Assembly: GCA_964369245.1 (NCBI GenBank)
Contig: CAYJEL010000002.1
Location: forward strand, 1 to 42,650
Direction of reading: 5' to 3'
Length of the DNA: 42,650 bases
Source: an uncultured Muribaculaceae bacterium
Lineage (GTDB): Bacteria; Bacillota_I; Bacilli_A; RF39; UBA660
The position numbers and the translations under genes were made by a program. This document shows, piece after piece, positions 36,636 through 42,650 of the stretch. The notes under the pieces are model-generated. The model did not search any database. It was not told the origin of the DNA and saw nothing but the letters and a program-made list of their open reading frames with translations. The first letter of the stretch is position 1, and each line of letters begins with the position of its first letter.

Positions 36636-37973
36636 ATGAGTATTTGTTCTGATCCAGATGTGTTATCAATATTTTATATCATAACAGCATTTGTTAATAT
36701 TGCTATGTTTGTAGCTCCTGTTTTATTAATTGTTTTAACTATGGTTGATTTAATAAAAGGTATTAGTGGTGATGAAAGCAAGTTAAAAAATATTAGAAAA
36801 TCTATAATTACTAGAATTGTAGCTTTAGTAATTTTATTGTTAGTTCCTTTAACAATTGAATTTTCTCAAGGCTTAATGGGGGATAATGAATTAGAATATT
36901 TGAAGTGTTTTACTGATGCTAATGCTGATGACATAGGTGATATAAGATATGATTTAGCTGAAGATGCTTTATTGGATGCTGAATTAAAGCAAAATAGATA
37001 TTATTATGATAAAGCATCATTATTAGTAGCTAAAGTTACTGATAAAGATGATAAAGAAGAATTGGAAGAAAGATTAGATGAGTTAGATAATATTATAACT
37101 CAAATTGAACAAGGTAAATTACCTCAAATTACTACTGATGATTTAGCTTTTGATGGTTTGGGAGCTCCTTCTAAGCATTATTCTAATTTAGCTAATAAAA
37201 ATGCTGCTGTTTGTGTAGCTGGAACTGAATATGAATATGCTCCACAGCCTGATTTAGCTTTAAATTTTTGGGAAGGTGGAAAAAGCGTTACTGAATGGCA
37301 TGGAGATGCATGGGTAGTTGATTCTGAAGACTATTATTATCCTGCTACAGCTCAAGGTGTTTCTTTAGGAGCATGGCCTAAAATTGATGATTATCCTTTA
37401 CAGTTGGAAAATCCTAAAATTTATTTTGATAATTTCATTTGGCCTGTTGATACTGCTGGAGGTTATAGTGGGAATTATGTTCATAATGGACCTGAATATG
37501 GTATGGATATTTTGACTTATATGGGAACTCCAGTATATGCTCCTGCTAGTGGAGTTTTGGAATATTCTGAATATGGTCATACTGGTCTTATTGATTGTCA
37601 AGATACAGCTTATAGTGTTAGAATTAGATTAGATGAACCTGTACGATTTAATGGAGTAGTTGATCCAAATCCTAATAATGAAACTTATGATCCACCGGTA
37701 AATGTTGATATTGAGGTAATATTTATTACACATTTAATGGGTATTCGTTATTATTGTCCTGAGGATAGTTGTTATATGCGTGTTGAAGCTGGTGAGTTGA
37801 TTGGATTTAGTGGAACTGCGGGAGGAATTAGTTCTGAAACAGGTAAACCACGATTTGCACCACATTTACATATGACTTTTTATGATGATATTATCGTTAA
37901 TGGGGTAGCTAGTTTTGATTTTAATCATATTTATAGCATTGATGAGGGCGATAAAAGAATGGCTGGTGAATAA
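36636..37973 (+). CDS. Membrane-anchored M23/LytM-domain peptidase paralog 3
   Basis: Same architecture. The N-terminal module is roughly 75% identical to paralogs 1 and 2. The M23 core is closest to paralog 1 (HNGPEYGMD, GTPVYAPASG, CQDTAYSVRI, FITHLMG, PHLHMTFY). Confidence 0.8.
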   Translation: MSICSDPDVLSIFYIITAFVNIAMFVAPVLLIVLTMVDLIKGISGDESKLKNIRKSIITRIVALVILLLVPLTIEFSQGLMGDNELEYLKCFTDANADDIGDIRYDLAEDALLDAELKQNRYYYDKASLLVAKVTDKDDKEELEERLDELDNIITQIEQGKLPQITTDDLAFDGLGAPSKHYSNLANKNAAVCVAGTEYEYAPQPDLALNFWEGGKSVTEWHGDAWVVDSEDYYYPATAQGVSLGAWPKIDDYPLQLENPKIYFDNFIWPVDTAGGYSGNYVHNGPEYGMDILTYMGTPVYAPASGVLEYSEYGHTGLIDCQDTAYSVRIRLDEPVRFNGVVDPNPNNETYDPPVNVDIEVIFITHLMGIRYYCPEDSCYMRVEAGELIGFSGTAGGISSETGKPRFAPHLHMTFYDDIIVNGVASFDFNHIYSIDEGDKRMAGE

Positions 37974-38620
37974 TGAAAAAGAAAGTTATTATAGGTGGTA
38001 TATCTTTTATTGTAGTAATGTTTTTAATTATTAGTATTAATAACATTTTAAAAAGAGATGTGAATTATTATACTAATATAAGTGATGTTGTAATAAGTAT
38101 GTATAGAAGTCCTGATTATGACAAAAGTGGAATATCTAAAGAAGATAAATTATACTTAGATAAATATTTATCAACTTTGACTCATGAAAATCATGTTGTT
38201 GATTTAACTGAATTTATTGATTATTCAAAAAATACTTCTAAAGCAAATTCAGATTATGTTTTTGTTGAAGATGGAGTTTGTAAAATTGATTATAACAATT
38301 TAGATTTGGTTAATGAAACGTATAAAAATGATTCTCTCCATGAAACTACTGATAAGATAATTGTTCTATATTGTAATGGTAAGGTAATATATATTGATAA
38401 TTTTGTTTTTGAACCTGATTATGAGATAACTAAAAATAATCCTTTTTATGATTATGCTTATGTAGGTTATGCTGAGGAAGGTAGTAGTTTTTTAGGTTTT
38501 TATCGTTCTTTATATGATTTTAGTACGGTGAGAGTTAAAATAGATGTTGATTATGATGGTAATATTGAGAATATAGATGTAAAACCTGTAGATTTTTATG
38601 ATTATGAAATTATTAAATGA
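37973..38620 (+). CDS. Partner protein 3
   Basis: TAATG overlap with paralog 3. Closest to partner 1 (MYRSP.YD.SGISKEDK.YL..YL.TLTHENH.VDL). Confidence 0.75.
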   Translation: MKKKVIIGGISFIVVMFLIISINNILKRDVNYYTNISDVVISMYRSPDYDKSGISKEDKLYLDKYLSTLTHENHVVDLTEFIDYSKNTSKANSDYVFVEDGVCKIDYNNLDLVNETYKNDSLHETTDKIIVLYCNGKVIYIDNFVFEPDYEITKNNPFYDYAYVGYAEEGSSFLGFYRSLYDFSTVRVKIDVDYDGNIENIDVKPVDFYDYEIIK

Positions 38621-38680
38621 TTTATTTAATAATTTTTTTGTTTTAAAAGGAAAAGTTTATTTTGTGGTCTATATTATATA

Positions 38681-38709
38681 ATGACAAGCAAAAAAATGTT
38701 TGCTATAAT
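38681..38709 (+). promoter_or_regulatory. Putative promoter of recG
   Basis: ATGACA (38681-38686), a 17-nt spacer ending in TGc, then TATAAT (38704-38709), i.e. an extended -10. Confidence 0.45.
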
Positions 38710-38729
38710 ATAAGAAGAAGGTGAACTAA

Positions 38730-40661
38730 ATGGAAATAGAAAAAGTGAAAAGTGTTGGTCCTAAAATGTTGAATGAACTAAAAAAATTAGGTATTAATAA
38801 TAGTGATGAATTAATTAATTATTATCCTTATAAATATAATTATATATCTAATACTGGTTTAGTAGATAATGAAATGTGCGTAGTGGAAGGTATTGTAATT
38901 AGGGACTCTGTGGTAAGATATTTGAAAAATAGAAGAGAAATGATGGAGTTTACAGTTGAAGTAGATAATGTTTTTGTTAAATGTATTATATATAATAGGG
39001 GTTATTTAAAAGATAAAATTAAAATTGGATCTGCACTTACATTAATTGGTAAATATACAAGAAAAGATAATAAATTAATGGTTAATGAGCTTAGGTTTGA
39101 AAGTTTAGGAAACAAAACTATAATTGAACCTTGTTATCACGCAACTAAATCTTTAACTTCAAATAAAATAAATAGTTTAATTAATAGTTTAGGATTTTTG
39201 TGTGAAGATGTAATACCTCATGAATTAATTTGTAAATATAATTTTATTTCTAGAAGTAATGCTTTACAGGAAATACATAATCCAACTACTAAGTTAAATA
39301 AAGCTATTGAGCATTTAAAATATGAAGAATTATTTTTGTTTATGTTAAAAATAAATTATTTAAAATCTAAAAGACATGATAAAGGGTTAAAAAGAGATGT
39401 TGATTTTAAGTTTATTGATGAATTTATAAATACTTTACCATTTACTTTAACTGTTGATCAGATTAGTTGTGTTGATGAAATATATAAAGATTTAACTAAT
39501 GAAAAAAGAATGAATAGGTTATTACAGGGAGATGTTGGGAGTGGTAAAACTATTGTATCTTTTATAGCTTTATATATTAATTATTTAAGTGGTTATCAAG
39601 GGGCTTTAATGGCTCCGACTGAAATTTTAGCTTTACAACATTTTGAAAATTTTAAGAAGTTATTTCCTAATATAAGAGTTTGTTTGTTAACTGGGAAAAT
39701 TAGTAGTAAAGTAAAAGTACATAATATGATTAAAAGTGGTGAATATGATGTTATTATTGGAACACATGCTTTAACTAGTGAGAAGGTTAGTTATAATAAT
39801 TTGGGATTAGTTATTACTGATGAGCAACATCGGTTTGGAGTTAATCAAAGAAGTGTTTTTAGAAATAAAGGTATTAAACCAGATATTTTATATATGAGTG
39901 CAACTCCAATACCTAGAACATATGCTATTACGTTATTTGGTGATATGGATATTTCAGTTATTAAAACAAAACCTAGTGGTCGAAAAGAAATTATTTCTGT
40001 TTTGAAAAATTCTAAAACAATTAAGGATGTTTTGCAAATTATGTATGAGCAAATAAAAAAGGGTCATCAGGTTTATGTTATAGCACCTTTAATTGAAGAA
40101 AGTGATAAAATTGAGTTAGAAAATGTTGAAGGTTTAAAAAATAAGTTAACATTAGCTTTTGGGAAGATTTGTAAAATTGGTGTTATGCATGGAAAGTTAT
40201 CTAATAAAGAAAAAGAAGAAGTTATGGATAAGTTTTTGAAAAATGAATTTCAAATTTTAATTTCTACAACTGTTATAGAAGTTGGAGTTGATGTTAAAAA
40301 TGCCACTTGTTTGGTTGTTTTTGATAGTAATCGTTTTGGTTTATCAACTTTACATCAATTAAGAGGAAGAATAGGTAGAAATGATTTACAATCATATTTT
40401 GTAATGATAAGTGATAATGAAACAGAAAGATTAAATATTATGACAAAAACTAATGATGGTTTTGAAATTAGTAATCATGATTTAGATTTAAGAGGTAGTG
40501 GTGATTTATTTGGGATAAGACAAAGTGGGGATATGCAGTTTAAGTTGGCTGATTTAAAAAAGGATTTCAAATTGCTAGAACAGGCAAAAATTGATAGTTT
40601 AAATTATATTAATGATGTTAATATAAAAAAATTACTTAGTGATGTAAGTAATTTAGATTAA
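38730..40661 (+). CDS. recG: ATP-dependent DNA helicase RecG
   Basis: N-terminal wedge/OB region, Walker A GDVGSGKT, DEQH box (TDEQHRFG), SATPIPRT and QLRGRIGRN. Confidence 0.92.
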   Translation: MEIEKVKSVGPKMLNELKKLGINNSDELINYYPYKYNYISNTGLVDNEMCVVEGIVIRDSVVRYLKNRREMMEFTVEVDNVFVKCIIYNRGYLKDKIKIGSALTLIGKYTRKDNKLMVNELRFESLGNKTIIEPCYHATKSLTSNKINSLINSLGFLCEDVIPHELICKYNFISRSNALQEIHNPTTKLNKAIEHLKYEELFLFMLKINYLKSKRHDKGLKRDVDFKFIDEFINTLPFTLTVDQISCVDEIYKDLTNEKRMNRLLQGDVGSGKTIVSFIALYINYLSGYQGALMAPTEILALQHFENFKKLFPNIRVCLLTGKISSKVKVHNMIKSGEYDVIIGTHALTSEKVSYNNLGLVITDEQHRFGVNQRSVFRNKGIKPDILYMSATPIPRTYAITLFGDMDISVIKTKPSGRKEIISVLKNSKTIKDVLQIMYEQIKKGHQVYVIAPLIEESDKIELENVEGLKNKLTLAFGKICKIGVMHGKLSNKEKEEVMDKFLKNEFQILISTTVIEVGVDVKNATCLVVFDSNRFGLSTLHQLRGRIGRNDLQSYFVMISDNETERLNIMTKTNDGFEISNHDLDLRGSGDLFGIRQSGDMQFKLADLKKDFKLLEQAKIDSLNYINDVNIKKLLSDVSNLD

Positions 40662-40662
40662 A

Positions 40663-40692
40663 TTGACACTTAAGTATTATTTATTGTATAAT
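40663..40692 (+). promoter_or_regulatory. Orphan near-consensus sigma-A promoter directly after recG
   Basis: TTGACA (40663-40668), an 18-nt spacer, then TATAAT (40687-40692). Confidence 0.5.
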
Positions 40693-40698
40693 TATAAG

Positions 40699-40782
40699 TG
40701 CGTAGGATCTACGCTTGAATTTATCACGATATAAATGTGATTTAATTCAACCCCCAGATGTGGAGCTTTTAGCTCCTTTTTT
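40699..40782 (+). ncRNA. Candidate small RNA (~85 nt, three hairpins, unpaired C5 tract)
   Basis: Lies between the promoter above and the terminator below. Hairpin 1 is GCGTAG-gat-CTACGC (40700-40714). Hairpin 2 is TTGAAT..ATCAC-gatataaat-GTGAT..ATTCAA (40715-40750). A single-stranded CCCCC follows (40751-40755), then the terminator hairpin. There is no ORF and no downstream + strand gene. Confidence 0.4.
40762..40782 (+). terminator. Intrinsic terminator
   Basis: GGAGCT-ttt-AGCTCC followed by T6. The T-run overlaps the stop codon of the convergent - strand gene. Confidence 0.65.
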
Positions 40783-41602
40783 ATTTGATAAAAGAATCAA
40801 AGTCTTCTAGGGTATCTATGGTATTTGGATTTTTAAAGAAACGGTGAATTTTTTCAGATTTCTTTGAAGTTTTTTTAATATCGCTCGTTAGTAGTTTAGT
40901 TATTTTTAATTCATTAATATAATAGTTTATTTTTTCTTTGCATATTTCAATTAAATTTGCTTCTTGTTTTGATATTTCTTTTTTTTGTTGGGTAATATAT
41001 ATATAATCTAATAATCTTATAATTTCAGTTGTATTAAAAATGTTTTGATATTTATCCAATTCTTGTATTAATGTTTTTAAATCGCATGAAAAAAATAGTT
41101 GTTGCATTAAGTTTATTCCAATTATAAATTCTAGCTTTCTTGTTATATCTTTAAAATAGTTTTTTTCTTCTTTTTTAAAAACGTGTTGTTCGATTAAACT
41201 TTTATATCCATAGGTTAATGCTTGTCCTATATTTTCATTATTCTTTTGGGTAAATCCTTCAAAGTCTTTATAATTATAGTTCATTTCAATCATTTCTCTG
41301 ATTAAAGTAGGTTTTTGTTTTTGTTTTTCTAAGTTGTAATCTAAAATTTCATAAGATATTGTTGGAAATTTGTATGAAATATGGTTTTTAAATACTTCAT
41401 AATTTTTATCACTTATTGTTTTTGTAATGGTAGGTTTATTTTGTATTTTTAAAGTTGCTTTTGTCTTAGTTTTAAAATCTTTGTTAATTTTATATTTGTT
41501 TAATATTTTTTTGCTTATATTTGTAATTGTATATAGGCCTATGCAAGTTGTACTTAAGATGATTACTGAGTTTTCATATGATAAAAAATCCTTAATAGTC
41601 AT
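40781..41602 (-). CDS. Hypothetical protein (273 aa, one N-terminal TM)
   Basis: Long ORF with a strong RBS (AAGGAGA 7 nt upstream on the - strand). Lys-rich. No recognisable motif. Confidence 0.6.
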   Translation of the reverse strand: MTIKDFLSYENSVIILSTTCIGLYTITNISKKILNKYKINKDFKTKTKATLKIQNKPTITKTISDKNYEVFKNHISYKFPTISYEILDYNLEKQKQKPTLIREMIEMNYNYKDFEGFTQKNNENIGQALTYGYKSLIEQHVFKKEEKNYFKDITRKLEFIIGINLMQQLFFSCDLKTLIQELDKYQNIFNTTEIIRLLDYIYITQQKKEISKQEANLIEICKEKINYYINELKITKLLTSDIKKTSKKSEKIHRFFKNPNTIDTLEDFDSFIK

Positions 41603-41828
41603 AGTGTCTCCTTTTTTTAAATATATTATAATGTATATTTTTTTTTATTGCAAGTTTGAATTTGACAAATTACAATAAATATTATAAAATAGTGTCTATG
41701 TGAGGAGATATAAGCATTTTGTGAGCTATCTCGGGATAAATTCCTACACGATTATTCAAAGTCGGAGTCACTTAGTTTTAAGAGAATCAGACTTTTTTTT
41801 GAGCAATAAAAATAGAAGGGAATGTTAT

Positions 41829-42350
41829 ATGGAAAATATTTATTATGAAAAATATAAAAAGAAAATTGCTGATTATAAATGTCATAATAAGGGTGAATTA
41901 TTTATTGATTCTCCATTATTAGCTAATTTTTATAATTATAATGAAATTAGCGCATCTGTTAATGAAAAATTAATGTATAGTACTTTGAAGTATTTACATG
42001 AAAAAGGTTTTTTATTACAAAGGTTGGGAACACATTTATATGCTAGGTTAATTAATAATATTATTAGTAATTTTAATAGTTATTTAGATACTGAATCTTT
42101 TCTTTCTGATATTATAGTTAACTATAGTGATCCTTATTCAGATAAATTTAGGGAATTTGCTAGAGATGATGAAGAGGTAGGGATAACTTCTTTTCACACT
42201 CTAATTTGTGCTGGATATAAAGGTGAGGGCGAATTATTTTTACCTAATGAAATAGTTAAAGATATTTCAGAATTATTACCTTATTATATAAAAAATGGTT
42301 TGGATATGAGTAAAAGTGAAAGTAGTAAAACTTTAGCTAAAATTGGTTAA
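41829..42350 (+). CDS. Hypothetical protein (173 aa)
   Basis: The ATG at 41829 lies 8 nt after a GAAGGG RBS. The upstream GTG at 41700 offered by the ORF track has no RBS and lies in a probable leader. Confidence 0.55.
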   Translation: MENIYYEKYKKKIADYKCHNKGELFIDSPLLANFYNYNEISASVNEKLMYSTLKYLHEKGFLLQRLGTHLYARLINNIISNFNSYLDTESFLSDIIVNYSDPYSDKFREFARDDEEVGITSFHTLICAGYKGEGELFLPNEIVKDISELLPYYIKNGLDMSKSESSKTLAKIG

Positions 42351-42406
42351 AGTTTTTTTATTGCTTTGGTAGTCTTTATTATGGTATACTTTATATAGGT
42401 GATGAT

Positions 42407-42650
42407 ATGGATATAATCATAATTGCTTTATTAGTGGTTATACTAATAGTAGTTATATTTTTATTAACTAAAGGTGTAAATGAGTCTAATATTACTGAGA
42501 GGTTGGGTAAATTAGAAACTGGACTTGTAAGAGAAATTGGTGATTTTAAATCTTCTTTTAGTAAGGAGTTAAATGAAGATTTTATTAAGTTAAATGATAA
42601 AATAGAAAATAGACTTAATATTATAAGTGATAAGGTTAATGAGAGACTGG
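42407..42650 (+). CDS. RmuC-like DNA recombination protein, N-terminal fragment (3' end outside window)
   Basis: Open frame from ATG 42407 (RBS AGGTGATGA) to the window edge: MDIIIIALLVVILIVVIFLL (TM) followed by a coiled-coil-like segment, as in RmuC N-termini. The assignment is tentative. Confidence 0.4.
   Translation, partial: MDIIIIALLVVILIVVIFLLTKGVNESNITERLGKLETGLVREIGDFKSSFSKELNEDFIKLNDKIENRLNIISDKVNERL

Larger units (their letters stand above)
32794..38620 (+). repeat. Tandem triplication of a ~1.9-2.0 kb two-gene unit (units start at 32794, 34724 and 36636)
   Basis: Three collinear copies of paralogous gene pairs, separated by 11-nt spacers that each carry an RBS. The first ~550 nt of units 1 and 2 are ~94% identical by my hand count. 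Confidence 0.95.

Noticed and set aside
32794-38620. Whether the triplicated region is a CRISPR array, prophage, ICE or transposon.
   Set aside because: The units are ~1.9 kb protein-coding gene pairs, not short repeat-spacer units. No integrase, transposase, phage structural or conjugation ATPase genes, inverted terminal repeats or att-like flanks were seen. The array is embedded in a tight ftsEX operon.
40762-40783. Whether the 40762-40782 hairpin acts as a bidirectional terminator for the convergent 40781-41602 gene.
   Set aside because: On the - strand the hairpin is preceded by A residues and followed by ACATCT rather than a U-tract. Only + strand termination is supported.
4785-41678. 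Other short antisense or overlapping ORFs in the track: 4785-4979, 10252-10584, 13612-13830, 19562-19825, 21101-21397, 21712-21909, 25511-25693, 37398-37601 and 41427-41678.
   Set aside because: Each lies inside, and antisense to or out of frame with, a long well-supported gene or a promoter region. They have low-complexity hydrophobic translations and no RBS.

Overview
AT-rich chromosomal segment from an endospore-forming Firmicute (spo0A, spoIIR and yunB present; standard genetic code, since UGA is the recoded stop in prfB). I could not place it more precisely. Nearly all genes are on the + strand and tightly packed, and most are housekeeping: uvrB 3' end, lgt, yvcK-like, whiA, DHH phosphoesterase, rplI, dnaB, M23 peptidase, yycJ/walJ-like, rlmH, deoD, pdp, cinA-C, spoIIR, yunB, DUF4015 hydrolase, yutD, tilS, ftsH, rpsD (- strand), ezrA, pgk, tpiA, spo0A, prfB with a +1 frameshift, yitT-like, ftsE, ftsX, recG and an rmuC-like 5' end. 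No rRNA, tRNA, CRISPR array, transposase or integrase was seen. Relative to Bacillus synteny, there is no hpt between tilS and ftsH, no walRK-yycHI beside yycJ, and no gapA or gpmI-eno around pgk-tpiA. The main candidate for an undescribed system is 32794-38620. It lies directly downstream of ftsEX and probably shares its transcript. It holds three tandem copies of a translationally coupled gene pair: a peptidase with a 2-TM hairpin, helical stalk and M23/LytM domain, followed by an unrecognised membrane-anchored ~215-aa partner. Similarity between copies is mosaic. The N-terminal modules of copies 1 and 2 are ~94% identical at DNA level, whereas the catalytic domains and partners group copy 1 with copy 3. 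Other observations: a P-loop kinase gene inserted behind whiA between exact 71-bp repeats of the whiA 3' end and terminator; two solitary modular prepilin-type genes (pilin-BspA LRR and pilin-LamG), one flanked by 25-bp repeats of a terminator hairpin; and an orphan promoter-to-terminator unit after recG that would give an ~85-nt structured RNA with an unpaired C5 tract. All functional calls come from reading motifs by eye; no database search was run.
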